A stretch of DNA of 64,000 bases from Octopus bimaculoides (Eukaryota), in assembly GCF_001194135.2 (NCBI RefSeq), contig NC_068986.1, positions 111,774,477-111,838,476 of the forward strand, written 5' to 3'. Each line of letters begins with the position of its first letter. The stretch's first letter is position 1. Under the pieces are notes generated by a model, which was not told where the DNA came from, searched no databases, and was given only the letters and a program-made list of their open reading frames with translations. Of this stretch, positions 40,860-53,790 are shown piece after piece. The position numbers and the translations under genes are program-made.

Positions 40860-41232
40860 TTGTTGGCACTCCGTCGCTTACGACGTCGAGGGTTCCAGTT
40901 GATCCAATCAACGGAACAGCCTGCTCGTGAAATTAACGTGCAAGTGGCTGAGCACTCCACAGACACGTGTACCCTTAACGTAGTTCTCAAGGATATTCAG
41001 CGTGACACAGTGTGACAAGGCTGGTCCTTTGAAATACAGGTACAACAGAAACAGGAAGAAAGAGTGAGAACAAATTGTGGTGAAAGAGTACAACAGGGTT
41101 CACCACAATCACCTGCCGGAGCCTTGTGGAGCTTTAGGTGTTTTCGCTCAATAAATATTCACAACGCCCGGTCTGGGAATTGAAACCGCGATCCTATGAC
41201 CGCGAGTCCGCTGCCCTAACCACTGGGCCATA
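40860..41232 (-). mobile_element. Near full-length tRNA-derived SINE
   Basis: Minus head ATGGCCCAGTGGTTAGGGCAGCGGACTCGCGGTC...GGTTTCAATTCCC (A and B boxes). Ends GACGGAGTGCCAACAACA, a short CAA-type tail. Confidence 0.75.
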
Positions 41233-41260
41233 TATGTGTGTGTGTGTAAGTATTCGGTCT

Positions 41261-42068
41261 TATGGCATAGTAACGAAGCTAAGCACGCAGAGAGAAGTCG
41301 CTACGTACAGAATGACCTCGAAATATGTTGTGCATGCCCACTAATTTCTAACATTCTAGCCTACATCCCCTGTTTACAGCAGTGCTTGGAAGGAAGGTAT
41401 GTACCATGTGATCATAGCATTGACAATGACAAAGGAAGTTGAACATAGAATCTGCATAAAATTTTGCCAAAATATTCGCGATATCTACTCAGGGGCCTAG
41501 GCAAAGTTCTGAAGCTATTTTCAACGTTCTCGAAACAATCAAAATGTTGTGCAACTGAAAACATTGTGCATTTTTGGTGAGCTGAAAGCAGGTTTGGTAC
41601 AAACTTGGCAGAAACGTGTCTCATGGCCAAATCTACAGTGATAATGGACTGAATCTGCCTTACTAATCTGCACATCCTCTGAAAAATTACGGGTAGTGAT
41701 TCGACGATGTTCCCTAACAACTGCACGTACAACAGCAATGTATTTCTTAGTTCTACTGGTTGTGGATCTTCCTGAACGTTCATCAATATCGACATCCCCC
41801 CCCCCATCTTGGAAACGTCTGTACCACCCGTACACATGTGTGCGACTCATACATTCCTCTACATACGCATTCTCCAATTTTCCGTAAGCCTCTCAAAAGG
41901 TATCGCCACGACAAATTTCGCTGTCATGGTCAATGCGACGATCACATGCTACACGCGTTCCTTCCGAGCAGAGCTGTAAACACCGGAAATGAATTCTAAT
42001 GCGCCATGCATTGTAGATTCAAATGTTAATCTGTGCTAAGCAGCTTCGTTAAGCGTCACTATGTCATA
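41261..42068. mobile_element. Rearranged mariner derivative: two 5' ends of one family in inverted orientation
   Basis: Plus arm encodes MTKEVEHRICIKFCQ. Minus arm encodes ECMSRTHVYGWYRRFQDG...DERSGRSTTSR...RHVSAKFVPNLL. The 5' leaders match in inverted orientation (GTTTACAGC...GGAAGGAA...CATGTGATC...GCATTGAC.ATGACA). Confidence 0.75.
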
Positions 42069-42329
42069 CATACATACACACACACACACACACATATATA
42101 NNNNNNNNNNNNNNNNNNNNNNNNNNNNNNNNNNNNNNNNNNNNNNNNNNNNNNNNNNNNNNNNNNNNNNNNNNNNNNNNNNNNNNNNNNNNNNNNNNNN
42201 NNNNNNNNNNNNNNNNNNNNNNNNNNNNNNNNNNNNNNNNNNNNNNNNNNNNNNNNNNNNNNNNNNNNNNNNNNNNNNNNNNNNNNNNNNNNNNNNNNNN
42301 NNNNNNNNNNNNNNNNNNNNNNNNNNNNN

Positions 42330-42367
<38 letters not shown>

Positions 42368-42371
<4 letters not shown>

Positions 42372-42560
42372 TGTGTCGTTGTGTTTGTCTCCCGATTAAC
42401 AACCGATGTTGGTGTGTCTAGGTCCCCGTAACTAAGCGGTTCGGCAAAAATGCGAACGATTATATAAGTACTAGTCTTACAAAGAATAAGTTCTGGGGTT
42501 AATTTGCTCGATTAAAGGCGTTACTCGAGCATGGCCACAGTCAAATGACTGAAACGAATA
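42368..42560 (+). mobile_element. 3' half of composite SINE (as 61-270)
   Basis: GTGTTTGTCTCCC...CCCCGTAACTAAGCGGTTCGGCAAAA...GCATGGCCACAGTCAAATGACTGAAAC. Confidence 0.75.
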
Positions 42561-42688
42561 AAAGCTTACAGGTATAAGCGTTTCATTGGTCATTCTAATA
42601 ATATGCAGGTTGATCGTGTCGGCGAAGTTTGTACCGAAAACTTCTGAATCGTCTGTCAGCCGGGCTTCTGTCTTACATCTTGTTTGAA

Positions 42689-43825
42689 TAATAAGTTGAC
42701 CACAAAGTAATTTGGTTTTGCGCAATAGGTTTACGATTTTTTTAATGACTTTTGTTAATATTATTAATTTTTTTCGTTTCAGCATTTGATAGCCGTTATT
42801 TGTAGTTTAATTTAGAAGTAAACTGTGTGTTAGTTTGTTTACATCTGCTAGTTCAGGGTGAATTTTAACATGGAATGCAAAAACGAACATTTTTTTTTTT
42901 GCGTTTTATATCTAGAGATTTCTAATCAAAAATGACCAGCGTTCCGGTGGACCTCCTGATGTTGATGATGACCGAATCAAAGCCATAATTGAATCTGTTT
43001 GTCATATAAATGTGCAAGTGGTTGGAAACAGGTTTAACTACATCACACACACAAATTGAAAATCACTTGAAATGTCTTGGACTTGTTAAGAAGCTCGATA
43101 AGTGGGGTCTACGAAAACTGAAAAACATCCGCTTAACACAAAGAATAAATATTTGCGTTACGCAATGATATTAACATATATTTAAACAAATCATCACCGG
43201 TTATAAAAAAATGGATTGCCTACAATAAAATTAATCGAAAACGATCATTGTCCAAGTGTAATGAACCAGCACAAACCACATCGAAAGCTGCCAATTTGGT
43301 GGGATTACAAATGTGTAGTGCGTTGTGAACTACTTCTATGGATGAAACCTATCAATTCAGATGTTTACTGTCCACAACTAATCAAACTTAAGGAAGCAAT
43401 CAAAGAAAACATTGAGAATTGGCAAATCGTAATGGAATCGTGTTCCACCAAGACAACGCTAGACTACACACGTCTTTGCTAACTCAAGACAAATTATTGG
43501 AACTTGGTTGGGAAGTGATGTCACATTCAACATATAGTTTTGATCTTGTATCATGAGATTAATATTCATTTGGAAATTTGCAAAATTCTTTGAATGGTAA
43601 AACATCCAATAATGATGATGACCTGAAATCACTCTTGCTTCAGGTTTTCACTGATAAGGACCAGAATCTCTATCAGTGCGGAATTATGAAGATGCTAGAA
43701 AGATGGCAAAATGTCATCGAACAAAATGGAATATACATAAGTTATTGAATTTCATTGTTTGTATAACAAAAAAAAATTAAACTTCTATTTCACATTTAAA
43801 AACCGAAATTACTTTCTTGCCATAT
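42689..43825 (+). mobile_element. Mariner (DD34D-type) transposon relic with both TIRs and an N-terminal deletion
   Basis: MECKNEHF, RSGGPPDVDDDRIKAII, FKQIITGYKKWIAY, WWDYKCVVRCELL...INSDVYCPQLIKLKEAIKE, KLLELGWEVMSH and LQNSLNGKTSNNDDDLKS. TIR cores are AAAGTAATTTGGTTTT (left) and AAAACCGAAATTACTTT (right). Confidence 0.85.
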
Positions 43826-43853
43826 ATTTCAGCAGTTACAAGAATACTGTTTG

Positions 43854-44230
43854 TAACCAAGAGCACTCAGAGAGCGCCAACCTCCGCCAAGGTAAAAGCA
43901 ACGTCCTTTCTACAACTAGCCGAAGATGAGTCTTTAAATGAAAATATCTGAAATAAACTCGACTGCGCGCACAAACGGGAATACTAAAAATGAACTCCAC
44001 CCCTCTCAAAACTTAATAAAAAAAAAACAGAAAAAAATATCCAGAACCCATGTCCAGTTCCAGATCGATCCCAAAATTTACTCAGTTCGTGCCAGTCACA
44101 GGGCCAAACAACCCTGAAAATTTCAGCCCAATCCATCAAGTGGTTCTTGAGATATCTTGTCCACGGACAAAGAATAAAACAAACACGACTGAAAACAATA
44201 GCTCCGCCTTCGCTACTGCAGAGGTAATAA
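43854..44230 (-). mobile_element. Non-autonomous Helentron-type element (HINE/DINE-1-like architecture)
   Basis: Subterminal inverted repeats (AACCTCCGC at left, GCAGAGGTAA at right), a hairpin CTCCGC...GCAGAG at the right end, and a short palindrome GCACTC-AGA-GAGCGC beside the left subTIR. No coding capacity. Confidence 0.55.
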
Positions 44231-44874
44231 GTTGGAATTCGAACGCACACTCACTGATGATTTGATGCCTGTAAGTACTTAATGATATAAGGCTTATTTT
44301 AACTGCCATGGAAATAATGATATTGATAGATTTGTAATTTCAGAACGAAGAAACATACATATATAATTTACAGTAATTTGTTTTTGAGTGTCTATTGAAA
44401 ATTTCGTTCCACGAATAAATATTTAATAAATGGCTTTTCCTTATCAACCAAGTGTGCAAAATTTCTTTCTCTTACTGTTCGTTCAATAGAGACAAGATCG
44501 TTTAGTTTTAGTTGTTCAACTGATAATTATTTATGAAATCTCTTCAAACGAATATTGGAACTCCGAAAAGTTAGTCTAAAGAAATATATGTATGTAAGTC
44601 AGTTTCACTATTGTCTTTCACCTTATATACAGGCAGTTATTAACTCGTTCCGCAGGCAATTGATATCGTATAGTTAGGTAAAACTATATTTCTTTCAATT
44701 CAATTAATTTGCTGCATCTTTCTTCCAAACCAGAGAGCTGGAAGCAATTACATCAAACTAGAGACTAGTTCTATACTCAACAAATGTAACCTATCTGTTG
44801 TCCACTTTCCTCGTAAAAGTAATTATAATAATGACAAAAGTAATAGCAACAGCAAAATTAATATTTCAAACTGA

Positions 44875-45077
44875 GACAAGGCAAGAGGGAGGGTCATGGG
44901 ATTAGTCAATTAAATCGAACCCAGTATTTGAATGGTATTTTATTTCATCTATTTCGAAAGGAAGAGAGGATAGATTCACCTCAGCAGGATTTCAACCCTG
45001 AATATAAAGGGCCGGCAGAAAGCGGCTAAGCATATTGTCAGACCCTTTTTAACGGTTCTTCCAAAATACTGCCTAAA
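44875..45077 (-). mobile_element. Degenerate SINE of the 57161 family
   Basis: GATTAGTCAATTAAATCGAACCCAGTATTTGAATGGTATTTTATT...ACCTCAGCAGGATTTCAACC...GGCTAAGCATATTGTC. Confidence 0.55.
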
Positions 45078-45964
45078 NNNNNNNNNNNNNNNNNNNNNNN
45101 NNNNNNNNNNNNNNNNNNNNNNNNNNNNNNNNNNNNNNNNNNNNNNNNNNNNNNNNNNNNNNNNNNNNNNNNNNNNNNNNNNNNNNNNNNNNNNNNNNNN
45201 NNNNNNNNNNNNNNNNNNNNNNNNNNNNNNNNNNNNNNNNNNNNNNNNNNNNNNNNNNNNNNNNNNNNNNNNNNNNNNNNNNNNNNNNNNNNNNNNNNNN
45301 NNNNNNNNNNNNNNNNNNNNNNNNNNNNNNNNNNNNNNNNNNNNNNNNNNNNNNNNNNNNNNNNNNNNNNNNNNNNNNNNNNNNNNNNNNNNNNNNNNNN
45401 NNNNNNNNNNNNNNNNNNNNNNNNNNNNNNNNNNNNNNNNNNNNNNNNNNNNNNNNNNNNNNNNNNNNNNNNNNNNNNNNNNNNNNNNNNNNNNNNNNNN
45501 NNNNNNNNNNNNNNNNNNNNNNNNNNNNNNNNNNNNNNNNNNNNNNNNNNNNNNNNNNNNNNNNNNNNNNNNNNNNNNNNNNNNNNNNNNNNNNNNNNNN
45601 NNNNNNNNNNNNNNNNNNNNNNNNNNNNNNNNNNNNNNNNNNNNNNNNNNNNNNNNNNNNNNNNNNNNNNNNNNNNNNNNNNNNNNNNNNNNNNNNNNNN
45701 NNNNNNNNNNNNNNNNNNNNNNNNNNNNNNNNNNNNNNNNNNNNNNNNNNNNNNNNNNNNNNNNNNNNNNNNNNNNNNNNNNNNNNNNNNNNNNNNNNNN
45801 NNNNNNNNNNNNNNNATACACATGGACATATATAAATACCCACACAGGAATATATGTATGTACACATATACACTCACATGCGAACAATCAAACACACACA
45901 CACGAACACAAACAAACAAACGCACACATACACGAACACACACACACACATACACACACACACA

Positions 45965-45995
<31 letters not shown>

Positions 45996-47442
45996 CCAAA
46001 GAATAAGAGAGTAGAATAAAATATTAGCGAATATTTATTTCCGTGAATGTTTACAGCCAATAATTACAGATTGCAATTGATACGAAAGATGTAGCTGATG
46101 GTCGGATAGATATTTTAGTAAATCACTCTCAATATTTGAAAATCAGCCAAATATCAACTTGCTAATTTATAGCAAAAAATAACAAACAACAAAAATTGAG
46201 GGAATCCTAGCTTCTGTTTACAAGGCGGGATATTTATTCGTTTTGATAGAAAATATAGCAAATAATGGTGAAAATAGATAAGTCTGTCTGGAATATCACA
46301 AGAGAATCTTCTGCTTAATAAAGAGAAGTAGTGGGAAGAAATATCCATTCATGGTGGGAGGAAGATAGAGTATGCATCGTCCACATATCTCGATATAAGA
46401 TCATGTTACGCGGCAAGAGCGGCAAGGAAAGGCAAACGTTAAAATGGTATTTGCGGATTGCTGCGTTAGGATATCTATTACAGAACAAAACGAAACAAAA
46501 TGGAAGCCGACGCGTGGAGATAGTGTCTAATTTTGTAGCAGCACTAAGTTGAGTGCTCATAAATACTAATTTACTTGGCTCTGAATTTGATTAGCTAGAA
46601 TCAAAAATAATTTTGGCGCAACAACAACGAACACGTGACCTCAACGTTTTACTGACCTAAAGCGTATCAGCTGAATTTCAATATCACGCATAACTAGATA
46701 TTTTTTAACGCAGTCTTCTTTCTTCTCCTGTTCCAATGATTGGCGAATTAAGTGCATATATTCCTGGAAATCTGGAAATGTAGATACATACACACATAAT
46801 ACGTATGTANNNNNNNNNNNNNNNNNNNNNNNNNNNNNNNNNNNNNNNNNNNNNNNNNNNNNNNNNNNNNNNNNNNNNNNNNNNNNNNNNNNNNNNNNNN
46901 NNNNNNNNNNNNNNNNNNNNNNNNNNNNNNNNNNNNNNNNNNNNNNNNNNNNNNNNNNNNNNNNNNNNNNNNNNNNNNNNNNNNNNNNNNNNNNNNNNNN
47001 NNNNNNNNNNNNNNNNNNNNNNNNNNNNNNNNNNNNNNNNNNNNNNNNNNNNNNNNNNNNNNNNNNNNNNNNNNNNNNNNNNNNNNNNNNNNNNNNNNNN
47101 NNNNNNNNNNNNNNNNNNNNNNNNNNNNNNNNNNNNNNNNNNNNNNNNNNNNNNNNNNNNNNNNNNNNNNNNNNNNNNNNNNNNNNNNNNNNNNNNNNNN
47201 NNNNNNNNNNNNNNNNNNNNNNNNNNNNNNNNNNNNNNNNNNNNNNNNNNNNNNNNNNNNNNNNNNNNNNNNNNNNNNNNNNNNNNNNNNNNNNNNNNNN
47301 NNNNNNNNNNNNNNNNNNNNNNNNNNNNNNNNNNNNNNNNNNNNNNNNNNNNNNNNNNNNNNNNNNNNNNNNNNNNNNNNNNNNNNNNNNNNNNNNNNNN
47401 NNNNNNNNNNNNNNNNNNNNNNNNNNNNNNNNNNNNNNNNNN

Positions 47443-47491
<49 letters not shown>

Positions 47492-47644
47492 CATACATAT
47501 AGATATATGCATACATATATACACATATATATACACATATATATACACATATATATACATACATACATATATATGCATATATATACATACATATATACAC
47601 ACATATATATATACACATTATATAGATATATATACATATATATA

Positions 47645-47676
<32 letters not shown>

Positions 47677-47682
47677 GAAACG

Positions 47683-47725
<43 letters not shown>

Positions 47726-47994
47726 GTATATATATATATTGAGAGTGAAATAGGATGAGTGTGACGGCGAAAGAGAACTGATAAATGTAAAATTTTAAGC
47801 ATAAACACATACTGTATGATAAGCGACAGTATAAATATGAAGATATCTATTCAGAAACACGCATTCCCATAAAATCACATGACTAATTTGATAATACAGA
47901 CTTTGTGATGTATGAGGCATAGATAGAAGTATCAAATCGATTGATAATCGCAAGCTATTCCATCCCACGTGCACATATACACGCACACTACGGC

Positions 47995-48125
47995 GGGTAA
48001 ACGCACATATAACTATCTGTATATCCATGTATCTATCTATCTGTCTGTCTGTCTGTCTGTGTATTTATCTATCTATATGTCTGTCTATCTATCTATCTAT
48101 CTATCGTTCTATCTATGTATATGTC

Positions 48126-48156
<31 letters not shown>

Positions 48157-48345
48157 CTATCTATATATCTATCAATCAATCAATCTGTCTTTCTATTTAT
48201 TTGTTTATCTGTCTATCTGTTTATCTATTTGTTTATCTATCTATCTGTCTATATATTTCTCTATCTATATATCTCCAGTCTATCTATTTCCTGTCTATGT
48301 CTGTTCGTCTAACTATCTATTTCTTTATCTCTCTGTCTCTATCTG
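47995..48345. repeat. Degenerate (TATC/TGTC)n tetranucleotide array
   Basis: Read directly; source of the YLSI-repeat ORFs. Confidence 0.9.
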
Positions 48346-48391
48346 AGACTGTGCGCGTGTGTATATATATATATATATATTTAAATATATG

Positions 48392-49339
48392 ACATAAATA
48401 ATATGTAATTATATGCATATATCCATACATATATCTACATACCGACATCTATATGCATACATACGTGCATATATGGGTACAGGACATCACAAAAAGCGTT
48501 AAAAAGAATGAGAAACGAAAACATAAAGACGAAGACAGAAAACGAGACATGCAACATAAATAATATCTCCCTTCTTCAGTTGTCCCTGTTTCATCTACTT
48601 CGCATTTCGAAGGCAAGGACAATACGCAACTTCGTTGGAGCAGTCCTTCCCGCAAGCAAATTAATTAAAATTTGGAAATTTTTGCGGAGGGTGAAAGTGT
48701 AAACAAGATCAGGACAGTGAGAACAAGACAGTAAAAACAAGACAGAACAGTGAAAACAAACGGTAAGGGCTGTTAGGCCGAGACGATACAAAAAATATTT
48801 TGAACGTTAGTTAGAGAGTGAAAAAAAATTGCGTCTTCTCTATAGGAAGACAGGAAATAGAAAGAAAGAATTCCTTTCGTCACGTGTCAGCGACGATAGG
48901 GTCAAGGAGGAGGAGTGAGAGAGGGAACGGTGAAAGGAAGAGAAGAATCGTGGAAGGTTGGGAGAGAAAAACATAAAAAAATGAAGAACAAGACAGGGAG
49001 AGAGATATAGACAGGAAAGTGAGAGCAACAGTAGTAGAAAGCGCAGTAGAAAATATAAGATAAAACTTACTTGGAGGCAATGCGTGGCGTTTGATCATAT
49101 AAAAACATAAATAATATATAATTATATGCATATATTCATACATATATGTACATACCGACATCTATATGTATACATACACGCATATATGGGTGCAGGACAT
49201 CACAGAAAACGTTAAACACAACGAGAAACGAAAACATAAAGACGAAGACAGAAAACGACATGCAACATAAGGAAAATATTACCCTTGTTCAGTTGTCCCT
49301 GCTCCATCAACTCCGCATTTCGAAGGCAAGGACAATACG
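48392..49339. repeat. About 235-bp diverged direct repeat pair (48392-48626 and 49105-49339)
   Basis: Shared TACATACCGACATCTATATG, GAGAAACGAAAACATAAAGACGAAGACAGAAAACGA and CGCATTTCGAAGGCAAGGACAATACG. Period about 713 bp. Confidence 0.85.
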
Positions 49340-49342
49340 TGA

Positions 49343-50147
49343 CACATGCTGTTCATACTGGAAAACTTCAAGTTCTGCGCTGGAAGCGCACAAAACTAAA
49401 CGAAATGCAGACAGGATACACTAGCCCAGGAGGAATTGCAAACCTTGATTTAAAATAAGTGCCTGACCTGAGGTGTATGTTACTATTTTGAAAATAAAAT
49501 GCAGTCGGGTAGCTCGATAGCTGACAGAAAAAGAAACAATGACGGTCCTTTGGAAAACATTTCGCCAGCCGCTTGGACAACTGCTCCCAAATATGGTCTC
49601 AACACAATTTTAACGGTGAAACTCGAACCAATACAACGAAACTACACAATGAAAAAGGTCTCAATGCAACGTATCAGCTAATGAGAAAGGTTGAAAAAGT
49701 TAAAACTCTTCTCCTTAGAAAGAAGGCGGGTAAGATATGCTGTGATATATATCTGGAAAATGCTGTAAGAACTTGTAACAAATATTGGCATTGCAAATTA
49801 CACATACAACAGAACGGGGCGCAGCTACATATCTCACATCACCATCAAAATACAGGAAGAAATACTGCGACTGTATGGTTTTCAAGGTCCCACAGCTCTT
49901 CAATGTACCACCAAAATGCCTGAGAGACCTGCATGTTGTGAATGTACGTGTCTTCAAAACAAAAAAATGACCATCTCCTCTCAAGGATTCTACATAAGCC
50001 TACCTCCAGGCAGGAAACGCAGAGGAGAGCAATAGCATCAAACTCTATCTTTCACCAAATAACGCATATCAGAGGATTTTTCCAATAATGAAGATGTATC
50101 ACAGTCCCTGGTAGTACCACAGCCTAACCAAAGCTTAAAGATAAAAC
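49343..50147 (+). mobile_element. CR1-group LINE 3' fragment
   Basis: GKLQVLRWKRTKLNEMQTGYTSPGGIA, KETMTVLWKTF, LDNCSQIWS, RLKKLKLFSLERRRVRYAVIYIWKML and YCDCMVFKVPQLFNVPPKCLRDLHVVNVRVFKTK. Confidence 0.8.
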
Positions 50148-50240
50148 ACGTTAAAGAGTTAAAGTGTAAAAGAGTGTATATGTATGTGTATGTGTGTGCA
50201 TGGTGTATGGTCTGTGCTTGTGCATGTTTGTGTACGTATT

Positions 50241-50336
<96 letters not shown>

Positions 50337-50576
50337 GAGAGAGAGGGCAAATGGCTAAAGTCAATTGCGTGTGAAATTAGGGTATTTCCAGAAAACCACT
50401 CAAGCTGAATATTGGGTTATCTACACTGTTGGTATCCAAGCCAAATTTGGAATACTTATGGTGTAGAAAAATCCCATTTTTCGCGATAATTATGTTACAG
50501 AATTTTCTTTGTCTTCTTCTTTTCATTGTCTATGAGTATGAGTATGTGTGTGTATGTATGTATGTATGTATGTATG

Positions 50577-50622
<46 letters not shown>

Positions 50623-50728
50623 GAGAGAGGGAGAGAGAGAGAGAGAGAGAGAGAGTGATAGATAGAAAGAGACATAGAGAGATAGAGAAATCGAGAGATT
50701 GAGAGAGCGAGAGCGAGAGATAGATAGA

Positions 50729-51275
50729 TATTGGCCACATAGGGCTGCACACAGAGGCGGCAAAATACAAATAGAGCTTTTCTCTTTGGGTAGGAAAGAA
50801 GAAACAATGGTGTAGAATTTCGACCAAGAGGAATCAGGGAAAAAAAAACTAATAAAAGGGGGAAGCCGATCAGTAGGGATCGTGTATCACAGAAATGTCA
50901 TACTGTAAAATGGGAAACAAATTAGTTTTATCCTTGGAAAGAAAAGCCCACAGAAAAGACCACCGTAACCTCAGTAATAATGTCATGCAAAAAAAAAACA
51001 TTACAGTGACTCGCTTTTTTCCATTCTTTTTCTGGTTTATAGGACTATGCTCAAGGTGGCTCCGTCATTCACACGCGCCATCCTTGCTACATTCACCCAT
51101 CGTTTTTGGAAATATTCACGAGACAAAACTTGCTCTCAACTCTTACCTTCCTCTTCAAGTGATACTTGAAGAAGTTGATGAGAGATTCACCAGAGTGGAA
51201 AGTGTTTGTCTAGACTTTTCAGACGCATCCACCATACACATTCTTTCGCCATAGCCACAAGTACGATGATATATA
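50729..51275 (-). mobile_element. L1/Tx1-clade LINE 3' end: ORF2 C-terminus and about 310-nt 3' UTR
   Basis: VLVAMAKECVWWMRLKSL/TNTFHSGESLINFFKYHLKRKVRVE/QVLSREYFQKRWVNVARMARVNDGATLSIVL* (stop at 51037-51039). The UTR ends GCAGCCCTATGTGGCCAATA at a (TCTA)/(TC) tract. Clade assignment is by recognition of the K..VW..R / F...W pattern and is unverified. Confidence 0.6.
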
Positions 51276-51732
51276 TAGATAGGTAGCTACATAGATATCT
51301 TTGATTGAATAGGAAAATGTTGATGTGAATACTTTTTGTCTTCGTAGCTCTTCATAAGATCAAATAATATCTCTGAGAGATTTGTAGCTGAACTTGTAAA
51401 CATTAAAGGCTTATTGTTAGAAGGGTGAACCGGAAAATAATGTAAAGGAAAAGACGCTTTAGTTTCTGACTCATCCATGTATTTACTTTTTAATAGGGGT
51501 TTAGAACAATGCAGAAGGTCGAGATTTCAATATGGATTCCTTATTTCGTTTCTTCATTCAGGATTTGTCATAGAGTGCAACACCACATTGTCCTTTACCG
51601 AACGTAATCGAGTTTATTCTGTTACATCTTCTCGTGCCGAGCCTATGGATTCTGGAATCCTACACCTTCTCTTAATTCCCTCAGAGATCAAATCATCGTT
51701 ATGCATATGTTTGTGTCCTACCGAAAGTATAA

Positions 51733-51776
<44 letters not shown>

Positions 51777-52166
51777 NNNNNNNNNNNNNNNNNNNNNNNN
51801 NNNNNNNNNNNNNNNNNNNNNNNNNNNNNNNNNNNNNNNNNNNNNNNNNNNNNNNNNNNNNNNNNNNNNNNNNNNNNNNNNNNNNNNNNNNNNNNNNNNN
51901 NNNNNNNNNNNNNNNNNNNNNNNNNNNNNNNNNNNNNNNNNNNNNNNNNNNNNNNNNNNNNNNNNNNNNNNNNNNNNNNNNNNNNNNNNNNNNNNNNNNN
52001 NNNNNNNNNNNNNNNNNNNNNNNNNNNNNNNNNNNNNNNNNNNNNNNNNNNNNNNNNNNNNNNNNNNNNNNNNNNNNNNNNNNNNNNNNNNNNNNNNNNN
52101 NNNNNNNNNNNNNNNNNNNNNNNNNNNNNNNNNNNNNNNNNNNNNNNNNNNNNNNNNNNNNNNNNN

Positions 52167-52195
<29 letters not shown>

Positions 52196-52198
<3 letters not shown>

Positions 52199-52935
52199 TC
52201 TATTATTTTCGTTTATGTGTTTCAGCCAGGTGGCAACGGTCATGCTGGAGCACCACCATGATTTGTTCACTCGTTATTCGTGTACCCTCTCTACAATACT
52301 ACCGTGGTTCCTCTCCTCCGACAGATGCGATCCCATCTAAACTGTCGATAGCCCATCTGCTGTATGAGGGAATTTGACACTGTTCTCATCGATAGTGCTT
52401 CATATCGAGCCATTGGTTCGTTTGATATTGTGAATAAGAGATTGACCAGTTTCTTTTTGTAGACTTCCATATCTATACCGTGTAAGTTTCTCAATTAAGA
52501 GCAATGGTCCACTGAACCGTAGGCAATTGCAGTACCTGATTCTTATATTAGATGCATTGGACGATACTTTCGGTACTATTCACTAGCTGCCAGTACGACC
52601 ATCCGTATAACATTTAATGTCAAAATTAGGTACTAGCCCTTCAAGTATTTTCCACATATAAATTATTACATATCACTCACGTCTGCGCTGTAGGGAGTAG
52701 AGTCGTAGTTCTTTCAGCTTCTCTTAGCAGTTCGTCTGTTGGACTGTAGCAATCGATTTAGTGTAGTGACGCTGGATTATAGTGACGCTCCGTTGTTAGC
52801 TTGACACTGATGCTGACCACAGTTGAGATCAGTAATCTAGGCAGCTGAGGTCAAATGTCTTCCATAGAGTCAACATGACTTCTTGATCTCTTGTCCTGAA
52901 TGTCTTTAGTATCAAACACTTCATTTAGATAAATA
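52196..52935 (-). mobile_element. CR1-group LINE 3' fragment with intact terminus
   Basis: ILKTFRTRDQEVMLTLWKTF, KLKELRLYSLQRRRE*YVIIYMWKILEGLVPNF, RYCNCLRFSGP and LRNLHGIDMEVYKKKL. Terminus GGTGCTCCAGCATGACCGTTGCCACCTGGCTGAAAC...AATAGAATA. Confidence 0.85.
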
Positions 52936-53713
52936 AATTGAAATGAAAATCAAGAGATATATAAAACATTGGTGATGGGGGCGGTTGACGGCAGCACATA
53001 CAAAGCTACAACAAAATGCGTTTTTGGTCCAAATCTTGCGAACCTCAGTATTGGTCTTTCTGATTTATAGATTCAGTGTTAATATATGATCTGGGTCTTG
53101 GAGTTCTTGACCGTTCCTAATATAAATAGTTCTTCTTCAAGTTATACGTAAGCAAATCTAGTGCTCTATCGTAGAATTAGTGAAGTTTATGCTATTGACA
53201 GTTTTCGAATTTGCATACCGTGTTTTGGAATAAATTTTTCCCATGATTTCCGTGGCTTCGGACATACTGGGAAAATAATATCATGGCAGATGAATTTCCT
53301 TCCCATTCTAAAAGTAAAACTGTAATTCGTGGATGAAAATAAATATGGGACTTGAGACACATTTACTCACGAATATTCGGATCACTTTTCACAAAATGAA
53401 TTATCTCCGAAATAATATAACATTATAATTTTGAATGTCTTGCTTGTTATAAGATTTTCTATCTATAGATGACATGAATCAACCAATAAACCAAGTTTAC
53501 ACTATTTTGGAAAATTAAAACTTGTGCAGCTTATTCTATTTTCAGTCTTGTATAATACAAGAAAAATCACATTGCAACGAATTGAAAGTAAATTTCCTCA
53601 ATGAATGGCAGATGAATTAATAGTTTGCAAGCACCTGTCGCTTTCTATTAGAACCGGTGTTAATTAAATTCGTTTCTTCGTAATACATACATACATACGT
53701 ACACACACACTCA

Positions 53714-53790
<77 letters not shown>

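Noticed and set aside
40860-41232. tRNA gene
   Set aside because: A/B boxes continue into a SINE body and tail; no complete cloverleaf, and diverged copies occur elsewhere in the window.
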